From an uncultured Spirochaetales bacterium (GTDB taxonomy: Bacteria; Spirochaetota; Spirochaetia; JAFGXN01), in NCBI GenBank assembly GCA_949289575.1, contig CASEOG010000001.1, positions 24,671 to 88,670 of the forward strand: 64,000 bases of DNA, given 5' to 3'. Made by a program: the position numbers and the translations under genes. The stretch's first letter is position 1, and each line of letters opens with the position of its first letter. This document shows positions 1-11,059 of this stretch, one piece after another. The notes beneath the pieces were generated by a model, which made no database searches, was not told where the DNA came from, and saw only the letters and a program-made list of their open reading frames with translations.

Positions 1-954
1 GTCGGCTCCGCCGGAGACCCTTATCAGGCACGGGACCTGATTCTCAAATTCAAACCCGATGTCATGACGGTCGATATCGAAATGCCGAAAATGGACGGCC
101 TGGAATTTATCCGCAAGCTGCTGCCTCAGTATCCGATTCCGGTTATTGTTGTTTCTTCGCTGGCCAGAAAAAATTCGACACTGGCATTCGATGCACTCGA
201 AAGCGGAGCCGTTGCCTTTGTCCAGAAGCCGCAGCTGGCCGGGGATCCCGAACTGATTAAAGATTTTTTCAAAGCATTGATGCACGAAATCAGACTGGCT
301 TCGAAAACCGATGTTTCGCGACTTAAAAAACTGAACTTCGATATCCGTAATGTTCCGAAAAGCGTGTTCAGTCTTATCAGCTCCAAAACAACGGAAAAAA
401 TCATTCTGATGGGCGCCTCTACCGGAGGAACAACCGCTCTGACCTTCCTTTTAAAACAGTTCCCGTCCAACATGCCGGGAACCGTCATTGTCCAGCACAT
501 GCCTCCCGGTTTTACGGCCCGCTTTGCCGAAAGGCTGAACGAAGAATGCAGCATTACCGTCAAGGAGGCAAAAAGCGGCGATCTGATTCGACAGGGGGAA
601 GTCCTGATTGCCCCCGGAGGCGTTCACCTCAAAATTGTCAAAAAAGGAAAAGAGTATGCGGTAGAAACATTCGACGGACCCCGTCTGCACGGAGTCATTC
701 CTTCAATCGATTATCTCTATCTTTCGGCAGCCGAAGTTCTCAAAGAGAAAGCAATTGCGGTTATTCTGACGGGAATGGGGGACGACGGAGCCAAAGCCAT
801 GGCCCAGCTGCGGCTGACAGGCGCTTATACAATCGCACAGGACAGGGAATCTTCACTGATTTACGGCATGCCGGCGGCGGCGGTCGAAGCCGGCGGAGTC
901 GCTGTCAGCCTCCCTCTTGATAAAATTACGGAAGAAATTATACGAAGGTTGTAA
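1..954 (+). CDS. cheB: Chemotaxis response regulator protein-glutamate methylesterase CheB (5' end lies outside the window)
   Basis: Frame 1 is open from base 1 and reads ...VGSAGDPYQARDLILKFKPDVMTVDIEMPKMDGLEF (REC domain end), then a methylesterase domain with GASTGGT and the catalytic-region motifs HMPPGFT and GMGDDGA. Confidence 0.85.
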   Translation, partial: VGSAGDPYQARDLILKFKPDVMTVDIEMPKMDGLEFIRKLLPQYPIPVIVVSSLARKNSTLAFDALESGAVAFVQKPQLAGDPELIKDFFKALMHEIRLASKTDVSRLKKLNFDIRNVPKSVFSLISSKTTEKIILMGASTGGTTALTFLLKQFPSNMPGTVIVQHMPPGFTARFAERLNEECSITVKEAKSGDLIRQGEVLIAPGGVHLKIVKKGKEYAVETFDGPRLHGVIPSIDYLYLSAAEVLKEKAIAVILTGMGDDGAKAMAQLRLTGAYTIAQDRESSLIYGMPAAAVEAGGVAVSLPLDKITEEIIRRL

Positions 955-956
955 TT

Positions 957-1445
957 ATGGAAAAACCGACTTTAGTGGTAAACATTTCCGACATGAAAAT
1001 CTCTGACAACCCCGACGATCACATCGTCACCTACTCGCTCGGCTCCTGCCTCGGTGTCACGGTCTACGATACCGCATTAAAAATCGGAGCGATGATTCAC
1101 TGTCTTCTTCCCGATTCGAGTATCGGCAAAGGCAAACCGGATTTTAATCCGGCCATGTATGTCGACTCGGGACTGACAACCCTTTTTCGGGAACTGATCG
1201 AACGGGGTTCGAACAAAAAAAACTGGCAAATCAAAGCGGCCGGTTGCGGCGATCCGGCATCCGCACTGACGGAACATTTTAATATCGGAAACCGCAATTT
1301 CATTATGCTGAAAAAAATCTTATGGACCAACGGACTGATTCTTCACGGAAAACTGGTCGGAGGAAATCGTCCGAAAACTCTTTTTCTGGATATCAAAAAC
1401 GGAACAACAATTGTCAAAATGGGAAACGACATTGTTACATTGTGA
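957..1445 (+). CDS. cheD: Chemoreceptor glutamine deamidase CheD
   Basis: 162 aa. The N-terminal motif ...YSLGSCLGVTVYD... is typical of CheD. It lies immediately downstream of cheB. Confidence 0.8.
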   Translation: MEKPTLVVNISDMKISDNPDDHIVTYSLGSCLGVTVYDTALKIGAMIHCLLPDSSIGKGKPDFNPAMYVDSGLTTLFRELIERGSNKKNWQIKAAGCGDPASALTEHFNIGNRNFIMLKKILWTNGLILHGKLVGGNRPKTLFLDIKNGTTIVKMGNDIVTL

Positions 1446-1456
1446 GGGGGATAGGA

Positions 1457-1831
1457 ATGAGTAAGACCATTTTAATTGTCGATGATTCGGCAACACAACG
1501 TCTTATGTTAAAAAAGATTTTAAAAATGATCGGCCTTACGGATATTGTCATAAAAGAGGCCTCAAACGGAAAAGAAGCATTGGAGGTCATCGAAAATCAT
1601 CCCGTTTCTCTGATTCTGACCGATTTGAATATGCCGACGATGAGCGGAGAAGAACTGATTGCAACACTGAAATCGCAGGCATCGACCTGTCGTCTGCCGA
1701 TTATCGTTATTACCTCCAAGGGAGCGGAAAATATGCAGGTCGAAATGACCGAAATCGGTATCGACGGCATCCTGATGAAACCGTTCGAACCGGAACAACT
1801 GGCCACACTGCTTCAGCATTTGGGAGAATAA
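1457..1831 (+). CDS. cheY: CheY-like single-domain response regulator
   Basis: The REC domain reads ILIVDDSATQRLMLKKIL...LILTDLNMPTMSGEEL...ILMKP. The ATG at 1457 follows a GGGGGATAGGA ribosome-binding site; the upstream extension in the ORF track is probably not translated. Confidence 0.8.
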   Translation: MSKTILIVDDSATQRLMLKKILKMIGLTDIVIKEASNGKEALEVIENHPVSLILTDLNMPTMSGEELIATLKSQASTCRLPIIVITSKGAENMQVEMTEIGIDGILMKPFEPEQLATLLQHLGE

Positions 1832-1833
1832 TT

Positions 1834-2277
1834 ATGGAAGTTTTTGCGGACGCCTTTATCGAAACATTCGAATCGACCACTTTTCAATTCTTAAACCCGC
1901 TCGACAAAATTCCCGAAGAGGATGACGGCAGCGGTTACTTTCTCGGCAAGTGCGATTTTTCCGGAGCCATCAACGGCTCATTTTCTCTGATTATCCACGA
2001 CAATACCGTCAACGAATATCTGAATTTTCTTTTCGGAGACGAACCGGAGACGGTAATTACCGACGAACTGAAATCGGATTCCGTCAAGGAACTGGCCAAT
2101 GTGATTTGCGGAAACATGATTTCCAAATGCGTCAATGCCCAGGCCTCCGATTACAAAATCGAAAAACCGCAGCTCACATCACTGTCGCGGTTCAGTGATT
2201 TTGCCGATCACTCTCTTTACACACTCTTCTCCGATTCATTCGGAAAAGTCTGCGGCTTTTCGTTTCGGCTGAAATAA
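1834..2277 (+). CDS. CheC/CheX-family chemotaxis phosphatase (CheX-like)
   Basis: 147 aa, directly after cheY and of the size found for CheX. Family assignment is from position and size only. Confidence 0.45.
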   Translation: MEVFADAFIETFESTTFQFLNPLDKIPEEDDGSGYFLGKCDFSGAINGSFSLIIHDNTVNEYLNFLFGDEPETVITDELKSDSVKELANVICGNMISKCVNAQASDYKIEKPQLTSLSRFSDFADHSLYTLFSDSFGKVCGFSFRLK

Positions 2278-2301
2278 ATTTAAAATAATTCTTCGGAAGA
2301 C

Positions 2302-2330
2302 TTGTCATCACGATTTTTTTTCACTATCTT
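2302..2330 (+). promoter_or_regulatory. Candidate sigma70 promoter of grpE-dnaK-dnaJ (TTGTCA-17-TATCTT)
   Basis: TTGTCA at 2302-2307, a 17-nt spacer and TATCTT at 2325-2330, about 20 bp upstream of the grpE start. No CIRCE inverted repeat is visible. Confidence 0.3.
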
Positions 2331-2351
2331 AATATCAGATAAGGAGAAAAC

Positions 2352-2999
2352 ATGAGCAAACACACCCATCACCACTCCGAAAAACCGAAGACAAACGAAA
2401 CCGACTGCGAACAGATACCGGCCGATACGGTTGAAATTCGGAAGGATTGCAATACGGACGAACCGACGCAGTGCGCTGCCTCCGCCGAAGAAACGGACGC
2501 CGCCGATACACAGCGGCAGCGGGAAATCGAAGAACTGCAGCGCCGGCTCGAAACCGCTCAAGCCGAAGCGGCCGAAGCGAAAGAAACCCTTCTTCGCAAA
2601 GCGGCCGACCTGGAAAACACAAAAAAACGGCTGCAAACGGAAAAAGAAAAATCGGTCAGACTGGCCAATAAAGGCATACTGACAGATCTGCTGGATGTTT
2701 TGGATAATTTCGACCGCGCCTTTTCGGCCGTTTCCGGCGACGAAACCGTATCGGCTCTTATCGACGGCGTGAAAATGATCGAAAACCAGATTGTGACGCT
2801 TTTGGCCAACAAATATGATGTCAAAGCCTTCGAAAGCGTCGGACAGCTCTTCGATCCCGAAAAACACGAAGCGATCGCTCTCGGCGAAGCCTCGGAAAAC
2901 GGAGATCAGATAGTGCTGACGGAATATCAGAAAGGATATACTTGGGGCGAAACGATTTTGCGGACGGCAAAAGTCGTCGTTTCGGCACCCGGCAAATAA
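2352..2999 (+). CDS. grpE: Nucleotide exchange factor GrpE
   Basis: 215 aa with a Glu/Ala-rich N-terminus, a coiled-coil and a C-terminal GrpE fold (...KYDVKAFESVGQLFDPEKHEAI...). An AAGGAG ribosome-binding site lies 5 nt upstream. It sits directly upstream of dnaK. Confidence 0.9.
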   Translation: MSKHTHHHSEKPKTNETDCEQIPADTVEIRKDCNTDEPTQCAASAEETDAADTQRQREIEELQRRLETAQAEAAEAKETLLRKAADLENTKKRLQTEKEKSVRLANKGILTDLLDVLDNFDRAFSAVSGDETVSALIDGVKMIENQIVTLLANKYDVKAFESVGQLFDPEKHEAIALGEASENGDQIVLTEYQKGYTWGETILRTAKVVVSAPGK

Positions 3000-3028
3000 T
3001 CAGGATTAAATAGAAAGGAGATAAAACT

Positions 3029-4945
3029 ATGGGAAAAATTATCGGAATTGACTTGGGAACAACAAACTCTTGTGTCGCCGTTGTCGACGGCAACGAACCG
3101 ATTGTCATTCAGAACGCGGAAGGTCAGAGAACCACTCCGTCGATTGTGGCGTTTACCAACAAAGACGAACGGCTTGTCGGACAGACCGCCAAAAACCAGA
3201 TGGTGACCAACCCCGAAAATACCGTTTTCTCGATTAAACGGTTTATGGGACGCCGCTTCAGCGAAGTCAGCGAAGAAATCAAACTGGTCCCCTACCACGT
3301 CGCCGCCGGTGCCTCCGGAGATGTGCGTGTGAAGATCAACTCGAAAGAATACTCTGCCCCCGAAATTTCGGCAGCAATTCTGCAGAAAATGAAACAGACG
3401 GCGGAAGATTATCTGGGCGAAACCGTCAGCGAAGCGGTCATCACCGTTCCGGCTTACTTCAACGACGCTCAGAGACAGGCCACCAAAGATGCCGGAAAAA
3501 TCGCCGGTCTGGAAGTCAAACGAATCGTCAACGAACCGACAGCCGCCGCATTGGCTTACGGTTTGGGGAAAGCCAACAAAGACGAAACGATCGCCGTTTA
3601 CGACTTGGGCGGAGGAACATTCGATATTTCCATTTTGGAATTGGGCGACGGTGTTTTCGAAGTCAAATCGACCAACGGTGACACCCACCTGGGCGGCGAC
3701 AACTTCGACAAAAAGATCATGGATTGGCTCATCTCCGAGTTTAAAGCGCAAACGGGAATCGATCTCAGTCAGGACAGAATGGCTTTGCAGAGATTGAGAG
3801 AAGCGGCCGAAAAAGCCAAAATCGAACTCTCCAGCAAACAGAACGCCGACATCAACCTGCCGTTCATTTCCGCGGGACCTGCCGGACCGATTCACCTGAC
3901 CAACAGTCTTTCCCGGGCGAAATTCGAACAGATGACAGCCGACCTGGTCGAAGCCACCAGGACTCCCTGTCTGAACGCCCTCAAAGATGCGGGACTGCAG
4001 GCCTCCGATATCGACGAAGTCATTCTTGTCGGCGGATCGACCCGTATTCCGGCGGTTCAGGAACTGGTCAAGCAACTGTTCGGCAAAGAGCCGCACAAAG
4101 GGGTTAACCCGGACGAAGTGGTTGCCATGGGCGCCGCCATTCAGGGCGGTATTCTGGCCGGCGACGTTAACGACGTCCTGCTGCTGGATGTCACTCCCCT
4201 TTCGCTGGGAATCGAAACGCTGGGCGGCATCTGCACCCGTCTGATCGAACGGAATACCACCATTCCGACCAAGAAGAGTCAGATTTTCAGCACGGCAGCC
4301 GATAACCAGACGGCGGTTTCCATCCACGTTCTGCAGGGAGAGCGGGAACAGGCTTCGGCCAACAGAACTCTGGGCCGTTTCGACCTGACCGAAATTCCGC
4401 CGGCACCGAGAGGCGTTCCTCAAATCGAAGTCACTTTCGACATCGACGCCAACGGTATCGTGCACGTTTCGGCAAAAGATTTGGGCACCGGCAAAGAGCA
4501 GAAAATCCGCATCGAGTCTTCTTCCGGTTTGAGCGAAAGCGAAATCGAAAAGATGGTGAAAGATGCCGAAGCAAACGCCGAAGCCGACAAAAAGCTGAAA
4601 GAAACAGCCGAAGCCCGCAACCAGGCCGACAGCATGATTTATGCAACGGAGAAGGCTCTGAAAGATTACGGCGATAAAGTTTCGGCCGATGAGAAGGCCA
4701 ACATCGAAACAGCCATTGCCGACCTGAAAAAAGCGATGGAAAGCAATTCGGCGGATGAAATGAAAGCCAAGACCGAAGCTCTGGCTCAGGCTTCCCACAA
4801 ACTGGCCGAAGAAGTTTACAAAACTTCTCAGGGACAGCCCGGTGCCGGACAGCCCGGTAACGATGCGGGCGCCTCCGCATCGGCCGGCAGCGGCAACGAA
4901 AAGAAACCGGATGCCGATGACGCCGACTTCGAAGTTGTGAACTGA
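3029..4945 (+). CDS. dnaK: Molecular chaperone DnaK (Hsp70)
   Basis: 638 aa with the Hsp70 signatures [22 protein letters not shown] and [11 protein letters not shown], and a C-terminal ...[10 protein letters not shown]. Confidence 0.97.
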   Translation: MGKIIGIDLGTTNSCVAVVDGNEPIVIQNAEGQRTTPSIVAFTNKDERLVGQTAKNQMVTNPENTVFSIKRFMGRRFSEVSEEIKLVPYHVAAGASGDVRVKINSKEYSAPEISAAILQKMKQTAEDYLGETVSEAVITVPAYFNDAQRQATKDAGKIAGLEVKRIVNEPTAAALAYGLGKANKDETIAVYDLGGGTFDISILELGDGVFEVKSTNGDTHLGGDNFDKKIMDWLISEFKAQTGIDLSQDRMALQRLREAAEKAKIELSSKQNADINLPFISAGPAGPIHLTNSLSRAKFEQMTADLVEATRTPCLNALKDAGLQASDIDEVILVGGSTRIPAVQELVKQLFGKEPHKGVNPDEVVAMGAAIQGGILAGDVNDVLLLDVTPLSLGIETLGGICTRLIERNTTIPTKKSQIFSTAADNQTAVSIHVLQGEREQASANRTLGRFDLTEIPPAPRGVPQIEVTFDIDANGIVHVSAKDLGTGKEQKIRIESSSGLSESEIEKMVKDAEANAEADKKLKETAEARNQADSMIYATEKALKDYGDKVSADEKANIETAIADLKKAMESNSADEMKAKTEALAQASHKLAEEVYKTSQGQPGAGQPGNDAGASASAGSGNEKKPDADDADFEVVN

Positions 4946-4964
4946 GTAACGGAGGAAACCGAAA

Positions 4965-6107
4965 TTGGCTGCAAAGCGTGATTATTACGAAGTCCTGGGA
5001 GTTTCCAAAACGGCTTCCAAAGACGAAATCAAAAAAGCTTATCGAAAACTGGCTATCAAGTATCACCCTGACAAAAATCAGGGTGATGCTTCTGCCGAAG
5101 AGAAGTTTAAAGAAGCAACGGAAGCCTACGACGTTTTGAGCGACGAAAAAAAGCGCGATGCATACGACCGTTACGGACATGCCGGTGTCGATAACATGGG
5201 GCACGATTACAGCCACGTGTATCACGATTTTTCCGATATCTTCGGCAGCGGCGGAGATTTTTCCGATATTTTCAGTTCTTTTTTCGGAGGCGGCGGATTC
5301 GGAGGATTCGGCGGCGGGTCGCGCGGAACTTCGTTTGCCGGCAGCGATTTACGCTACAATCTGACAATTTCGTTTAAAGATGCCGTTTTCGGAACAGCGA
5401 CCGAAGTTTCCTACACACGCAACATTGCCTGTGACGAATGCGGCGGCAGCGGCGCCAAAAAAGGCACGACGCCGAAAACCTGTCCGCAGTGTAACGGACG
5501 CGGTCAGGTTCACCGCAGTGCCGGTTTCTTCCAAATGGCCACCACCTGTCCCCAATGCAACGGACAGGGCGTTGTTATCGAAAATCCGTGTCCCAAATGT
5601 TCCGGGAAAGGGGTTCTGAAAGCCAATCAGAAAATCAAGATCACCATACCGCCGGGAATCGAATCGGGACAAAGACTGAGGGTTCCCGGACAGGGCAATG
5701 CGGGACCGAACAACAGCCGCGCAGGCGACCTGTACGTCAGCGTAACAGTCAAACCCCACCCCTATTTCGAACGGGACGGGCACAATCTGTACGTTATGAT
5801 ACCCATCGCCTTTACCCAGGCGGCGCTCGGATCGGAAGTTACGGTGACAACCATCGATGACAAAAAAATAAAAGTCAAAATCCCGGCCGGAACCCCCAAC
5901 GGAAAACTGCTGAAACTGAAAGGTTACGGCGTTCCTTACGGCGCCAATACCTCTTCAAGGGGCGATTTTTACATTAAACTCGCCATCCGGACACCGGAAA
6001 AAATGAACTCCAAAGCAAAATCATTGCTGCAGGAGTTCGCCAAAGAATACGGCGAAAACAGCGAACCGACCCCGGTCGAGCTCTCCAAAATCGGGAACAT
6101 CGGATGA
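4965..6107 (+). CDS. dnaJ: Molecular chaperone DnaJ
   Basis: The J-domain reads DYYEVLGV...[16 protein letters not shown], followed by a G/F-rich linker and four CxxCxGxG zinc-finger repeats. It starts at a TTG with a GGAGGA ribosome-binding site. Confidence 0.95.
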   Translation: MAAKRDYYEVLGVSKTASKDEIKKAYRKLAIKYHPDKNQGDASAEEKFKEATEAYDVLSDEKKRDAYDRYGHAGVDNMGHDYSHVYHDFSDIFGSGGDFSDIFSSFFGGGGFGGFGGGSRGTSFAGSDLRYNLTISFKDAVFGTATEVSYTRNIACDECGGSGAKKGTTPKTCPQCNGRGQVHRSAGFFQMATTCPQCNGQGVVIENPCPKCSGKGVLKANQKIKITIPPGIESGQRLRVPGQGNAGPNNSRAGDLYVSVTVKPHPYFERDGHNLYVMIPIAFTQAALGSEVTVTTIDDKKIKVKIPAGTPNGKLLKLKGYGVPYGANTSSRGDFYIKLAIRTPEKMNSKAKSLLQEFAKEYGENSEPTPVELSKIGNIG

Positions 6108-6832
6108 GAACGATTTACGGATTTCACGCCATCGAAGAAGCTTACCGCAAATATCCGCACGGCACACTGCTGGCGGCCGAGAGATTGAATGATCGGGCCG
6201 CCAAAATCAAAGAAGAAGCTGTCCGTGCCGGCATAAAAGTCATGACCGTCTCCGATGAAGAGATCCGCCGTCTCTCCGGCGTTGCCGACTGCAAAGGCCT
6301 GCTCTACCGATGCCGCAGTATCCGCGAAAATTATTCATCGCTTCACGACTTTTTAAAGGCAATCGGCAGCCGGGAAGAAGTCCGGATTTTTATTTTGGAT
6401 TCGGTGACCGATCCCCACAACTTCGGAGCCATCCTGCGGAGCGTCGACCAGTTCGACATGGATCTGGTCATCACCCGGAACAAACGCAGTGCCAAAGAAA
6501 ACGACACGGTAGCCGTCACCTCGGCCGGAGCCGTCAATTACGTCAACACCCTGTCGGTCACCAATCTCAACACCGCCATCGACGAGTTAAAAGACAACGG
6601 CTTTTGGGTCTACGGTGCCGACATCCGCGGTACGGAGCTGCCGCAGGCAAAACTGAACGGCCGCATCGCGGTCGTAATGGGAAGCGAAGGCAAAGGACTC
6701 AGCCGCCTGACCGCCGAAAAGTGCGACGGAAAAATCACCATTCCCACCTGCGGCAACATCGACTCACTCAATGTCAGCGTCGCCGCCGGTATTCTGATGT
6801 ACGAAATCCGCCGTCAAACCCGACAGCTCTAA
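6104..6832 (+). CDS. TrmH/SpoU-family RNA 2'-O-methyltransferase
   Basis: 242 aa. The C-terminal SpoU methylase motifs are present (...[13 protein letters not shown]..., ...[14 protein letters not shown]...). Its ATG overlaps the dnaJ stop in an ATGA arrangement. Confidence 0.75.
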   Translation: MRTIYGFHAIEEAYRKYPHGTLLAAERLNDRAAKIKEEAVRAGIKVMTVSDEEIRRLSGVADCKGLLYRCRSIRENYSSLHDFLKAIGSREEVRIFILDSVTDPHNFGAILRSVDQFDMDLVITRNKRSAKENDTVAVTSAGAVNYVNTLSVTNLNTAIDELKDNGFWVYGADIRGTELPQAKLNGRIAVVMGSEGKGLSRLTAEKCDGKITIPTCGNIDSLNVSVAAGILMYEIRRQTRQL

Positions 6833-7329
6833 GCTTTAATCTGAAAACGGTCCAGCAGTAAAAGAAGAATCTCGGCTACCGGCGGACAAACCTCACCGTT
6901 AAGCTCCGTTTTTTTTAATACCTCTTTGGTCATGCCGTCGAGCAGATGCGGAAATTCGCGGCACGCTTTCGGCCGGTCATTGTAAACCAGACACCGGTTA
7001 TCATCACAGAGAAAAGGACACGGCATCTCGGCAAAGACATAATCGCCGTCTTCGTCGGTTTTCAGATAGCAGGAAATAAACTGCTTTTTTTTCATCCGGA
7101 AATAGTCCGACAGCCGCTCGATGTCTTTATCGAGAAACATCGGTCCCAAACCGGTACAGCAGTTGGCGCACTGCGTACAGTCGTACCTGAAAAAAATCTC
7201 CTGGTATAAAGGGTAAAAAAGAGAATCAAGTTCCTTTTTCGGCCTTTGATTCAGAAAACGAAACAGCGCCTTAATCCGCTTTTTCTCGGCGCGGTAGCGC
7301 ACCAGCATCTGCTCATAATCATCTCTCAT
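6829..7329 (-). CDS. YkgJ-family (CxxCxxCC) zinc/iron-chelating cysteine-cluster protein
   Basis: Cysteine clusters TQCANCCTG and CPFLCDDNRCLVYNDRPKACREFP. The start is taken as the ATG at 7329, which is preceded by GGAGGG; the ORF-track extension to 7386 would overlap the kinase gene by 68 bp. Confidence 0.6.
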   Translation of the reverse strand: MRDDYEQMLVRYRAEKKRIKALFRFLNQRPKKELDSLFYPLYQEIFFRYDCTQCANCCTGLGPMFLDKDIERLSDYFRMKKKQFISCYLKTDEDGDYVFAEMPCPFLCDDNRCLVYNDRPKACREFPHLLDGMTKEVLKKTELNGEVCPPVAEILLLLLDRFQIKA

Positions 7330-8728
7330 ACAAACCCTCCGGAGAAACGGCAATATCCGATTGTCCGCTCTCGACCGACGACACATAAATCGGGACGGTA
7401 ATCATCATCACCGCACCGCCGGCCGGATGATTAAAACAGGAAATCTCTCCGTTATGCAGCTCGATAATCGACCGGACCGACGACAACCCCAAACCGAAAC
7501 CGGGTAAATTACGGTTGCGGTTGCTGCGGTAAAACAGCTCGAAAACATTCTTCTGTTCCTCTTCCGGAATTCCGGAACCGTTATCGCGAACCGTATAAAC
7601 CAGATTGTGCTCATCGCAACGACAGGCAATTTCTACCAAAGGCGATTCGGCATTGCTGTACTTCATCGCATTGTCAAACAAATTTTCGAAACAGCGCAAC
7701 AGCAGCTTCGTATTGCCTTTGATCTTCAAATCGGTCGGAAAATCGACCACCGTCTGCAGCTCGACATGACGCGCCCGCGCCTCTTTTTTAAACATCTTCA
7801 TTGTTGTCTGCAAAAACGGATAAACATCAATCGGCAGAAAACTGCCGGCCAGGCTTCCCGAATCAAAGACCGCATATTCAATCAGACTGAGAATCCGACG
7901 CTCGAGCAAATCGGCCTTCTCTTTCATGATATCGATATATTCGTCGTACTCCTCGTCGCTTTGCGGAATTCCGTCCTGTATGGCCTCCAGATACCCCTTA
8001 ATGGACGTCAGAGGCGTCTTCAAATCGTGGGAAACGGCGAGGAAAAAGCGGGATCGACGCTCTTCCTCCTCTCTCAACTTGCCGGCCATCATTTCGACGG
8101 CGGAAAAAAGTCCGCCGAAATCGCCGGAACGCTCCTCCTCCGAAAAAGCCGTATCGATCTGTCCTGCTGCAACCGAAACAATGGCTTTCTCCAACGTTTT
8201 CAGACTCGAACGAAGCTTGGTGACCACCCGCATCGATAAAATGGCGGGAACCACGAGAAGAACAATCGAAATCAGAATGACGGAGGGAATCACCTGAGTC
8301 ATCCGGTTGGAGACTTTCCCCATCCAGCGGGAAAAATAGATCAGTGTTCCGTACGAATCCTTGTACTGATAGCGGGTAAAAACCAGTCCTCGGTCGGTAT
8401 AGTGATCGGTAATCAGCTGAAGAATATCACTACCGGAAAGCAGATTTTTTTTTGTAAAAATACGCGGATTCAGGTAATGAATCTTGCCGGAATTGTCGAG
8501 CACAAGCAGAATCTCGGAATCAAGCGATACATCATTACCGTCGGCCGGCTCAAAGACCTTTTTGACAAGACGGTGCATATTCCACGGTGCTCCGATTTGC
8601 GTTTTTTCGTTATAAACATACTGCCCGTGAGAAAGGCCCGAATAGAGAATGGCAAAAACAATCACACAGACCAGTGAAGGGACAACGATACCGTAGATCA
8701 GCAAGAGAAGCTTGGACTGAATTTTCAC
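7319..8728 (-). CDS. Sensor histidine kinase (HAMP-HisKA-HATPase_c)
   Basis: 469 aa with two transmembrane segments, an H-box (AVSHDLKTPLTSIKGY), and N/G boxes (FDNAMKYS..., RDNGSGIP, GFGLGLS). Confidence 0.85.
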   Translation of the reverse strand: MKIQSKLLLLIYGIVVPSLVCVIVFAILYSGLSHGQYVYNEKTQIGAPWNMHRLVKKVFEPADGNDVSLDSEILLVLDNSGKIHYLNPRIFTKKNLLSGSDILQLITDHYTDRGLVFTRYQYKDSYGTLIYFSRWMGKVSNRMTQVIPSVILISIVLLVVPAILSMRVVTKLRSSLKTLEKAIVSVAAGQIDTAFSEEERSGDFGGLFSAVEMMAGKLREEEERRSRFFLAVSHDLKTPLTSIKGYLEAIQDGIPQSDEEYDEYIDIMKEKADLLERRILSLIEYAVFDSGSLAGSFLPIDVYPFLQTTMKMFKKEARARHVELQTVVDFPTDLKIKGNTKLLLRCFENLFDNAMKYSNAESPLVEIACRCDEHNLVYTVRDNGSGIPEEEQKNVFELFYRSNRNRNLPGFGLGLSSVRSIIELHNGEISCFNHPAGGAVMMITVPIYVSSVESGQSDIAVSPEGLYER

Positions 8729-9402
8729 TGCAGATAATAGCCTTTTCCGTAAACCGTTTTCAGGAATTCGGGGAACGAAGAATTGGTCTCCAGCCGGTCG
8801 CGAATTCTGCGGATGTGAACGGGAATCGTCGAAATATCGCCGTGCCCGTTACCCCAAATGGCCGAGTAAAGCTCTTCCGCCGAAATAATCTGTCCCCGAC
8901 GCTTGGCCAGATAAATCAGAAGTTCCAGCTCTTTCGGCCGCAGCTTGACTCGGACACCGTTCTTTTTGAGACAAAACGACTCCGGATCGATAATATAATC
9001 ACCGAAAACATAACAATCGCTTTCCTTCTCCGTTGTTTTTTTCTGTCTCTGTATATGAGTCCGAACACGTGCCGTCAGAACACGCGGCGAGAACGGCTTA
9101 CACACAAAATCATCGGCCCCCATTCCGAAGCCGAGCAGCATATCGGCATCCTCGTTACGTGCCGAAACAATGATAACCGGCGTATCACGGGACGCGCGAA
9201 TCTTTTGAAGAACTTCATAACCGTCGATTCCGGGCAGACTCAAATCGAGAATCACCAAATCAAACGTTTCGTTCTGAAACAGCTCGATTCCTTCTTCTCC
9301 TGTCGCTACCGCCACGGCATCGATGCCCTCTTTTTTCAAATAAGCGGAAATCAAACCGGAAATTTCCGTCTCATCTTCAACAATCAATACACGTGCCTGC
9401 AT
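8725..9402 (-). CDS. OmpR/PhoB-family response regulator
   Basis: A REC domain (VLIVEDE...LVILDLSLPGIDG) followed by a C-terminal winged-helix domain (...VHIRRIRDRLE...). Its stop overlaps the start of the kinase gene. Confidence 0.85.
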   Translation of the reverse strand: MQARVLIVEDETEISGLISAYLKKEGIDAVAVATGEEGIELFQNETFDLVILDLSLPGIDGYEVLQKIRASRDTPVIIVSARNEDADMLLGFGMGADDFVCKPFSPRVLTARVRTHIQRQKKTTEKESDCYVFGDYIIDPESFCLKKNGVRVKLRPKELELLIYLAKRRGQIISAEELYSAIWGNGHGDISTIPVHIRRIRDRLETNSSFPEFLKTVYGKGYYLQ

Positions 9403-9442
9403 AAAAAATCCTCACTTTATCTTATCACCTTATTTTATCATA

Positions 9443-11059
9443 TTATTTTAAATTTCCGAAACACTTTTTTACAACTTCGCTGTTTCCGACCTTTGTGCAG
9501 AGCGAGACAATCACCGTCACCGCGGCCGACACCGGCAACGCGTAAACCAGCGGATCGACGAAGCGGAAGCTGTTCATCACCGCGGCCGGCGTTCCGAAAA
9601 GCAGCTGCGGCAAACCGAACACCGCCGATTCGGCTTCGTGGAAAAAGAGAAAGCCGATCACCGCCGCGGCCAGGCCCGACAGCATGCCGGCAATCACCCC
9701 GGTCTTCGTCAGACGCTTCCAGTAAAGCGACAGCAGAAACGGCGCCAGATAACCGGAGGCCATAATACCGAAGAAAATCGACGTGGCGCGGGCAATAATC
9801 CCCGCCCCCATTTTCATCGACAGGAAAATCGTCAGCAGAATCGCCGCAATAATCCCGATGCGGGAAATCAGCACCGAATAACGGCTGTGAATGCGCCCGC
9901 GCGCCGCCGCCTCGAACAGATCGCGGCCGAAGGAAACGCCGATGGCGTGGAACTGACTGCTGAGCGTACTGATAGCCGCCGACAAAATCACCAGCATAAA
10001 GAAATAGGAAAACCAGCCGGGCATCGCCTGCTTAATCAGCAGCGGAATGACACTGTCGGCATTGAAACCGGCCGCCTCCAGCGCCAGTTTGCCGCTTTTT
10101 TCGTAGAAAAAGACATTCGATAACGCCCCGAGAACGTAAGGCGTGGCCACGGTAATCAGAATAAAAAGACCGCCGACCACAACCGCCCGGTTTAACTCGC
10201 GGTTGCTTTTGACGGTGAGGCAGCGCACCGCCAGATGCGGCTGCGCCAGCACCCCGATACCGACGCCGAACACCAGCGACGAATAGAGCACCCACCACAG
10301 CTGCGAAAACGGCTGCGGCGAAGAGAGCCAGCCGCGGTGTCCCTGCGCCGCCGAGGCTTCGGGAACCAGCTCCTTCATGGCGTGAAGTTTGGAAAAGGCC
10401 TCGACGGGACCGCCCAGCCTGACAAACATCGCCACCAGAAGAAAAATCATTCCGAGCGCCATTAAAGTGCCCTGAAGCGCATCGGTGTACATCACCCCGC
10501 GCAATCCGCCGACCAGAACATAAACGGCCACCAGCAGCGAAAAAGCGGCCAACGCCCATTCGTACGGCATCCCCAGCAGACTTTCCAGAATGCGGGCAGC
10601 GCCGATGAGCACCGCCGCCGCATACAACGGCATGGAAACGACCATCACCGCCGCGGTAAACAGCCGCACAAAGGGAGAAGAAACGCGCGCCCCCAGAAAC
10701 TCCGGAAAGGTGTGCGCATTCAACGCCAGCCCCACCGCGCGGGTGCGCCGGCCGAAAACGGCAAAGGCCAGAAAAATTCCGAAAAAGATATTGGCACCGG
10801 CCAGCCACAGAAGACTGAGACCGATTCCGGCCGCCATTCCTCCGAAACCGACAATGGCCGAGGTGGAAATAAAGGCGGCTCCGTAGCTGAGCGCCATTAC
10901 GAAAGGCGGAATGTTGCGCCCCCCGGAAGCAAAATCGTCGCCGTTGCGGGAAGTAATCCGTCCCCAATAACTGAGAAAGGCAATCGCTCCCAGATAGACA
11001 ACAACAACCGCCAGCAAAACGAAAATATTGACATCGAGCGTCACACTGACCGGATTCAC
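9443..11059 (-). CDS. Sodium:solute symporter family transporter (PutP/PanF-like)
   Basis: 538 aa and polytopic, with the general SSF architecture. Confidence 0.7.
   Translation of the reverse strand: MNPVSVTLDVNIFVLLAVVVVYLGAIAFLSYWGRITSRNGDDFASGGRNIPPFVMALSYGAAFISTSAIVGFGGMAAGIGLSLLWLAGANIFFGIFLAFAVFGRRTRAVGLALNAHTFPEFLGARVSSPFVRLFTAAVMVVSMPLYAAAVLIGAARILESLLGMPYEWALAAFSLLVAVYVLVGGLRGVMYTDALQGTLMALGMIFLLVAMFVRLGGPVEAFSKLHAMKELVPEASAAQGHRGWLSSPQPFSQLWWVLYSSLVFGVGIGVLAQPHLAVRCLTVKSNRELNRAVVVGGLFILITVATPYVLGALSNVFFYEKSGKLALEAAGFNADSVIPLLIKQAMPGWFSYFFMLVILSAAISTLSSQFHAIGVSFGRDLFEAAARGRIHSRYSVLISRIGIIAAILLTIFLSMKMGAGIIARATSIFFGIMASGYLAPFLLSLYWKRLTKTGVIAGMLSGLAAAVIGFLFFHEAESAVFGLPQLLFGTPAAVMNSFRFVDPLVYALPVSAAVTVIVSLCTKVGNSEVVKKCFGNLK

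Noticed and set aside
2278-2351. Searched upstream of grpE for a CIRCE (HrcA) inverted repeat, TTAGCACTC-N9-GAGTGCTAA
   Set aside because: It is not present. Only a weak sigma70-like TTGTCA-17-TATCTT is visible.
2927-4798. A 623-aa ORF on the minus strand, antisense to dnaK. Other long antisense ORFs are similar: 8587-9765, 10032-11066, 25716-26825, 36133-37110, 39210-40139, 58944-60299 and 61481-62686.
   Set aside because: These are shadow ORFs opposite strongly supported genes in GC-rich coding sequence. Their translations are low-complexity, rich in Arg, Gly and Phe, and have no recognisable motifs.
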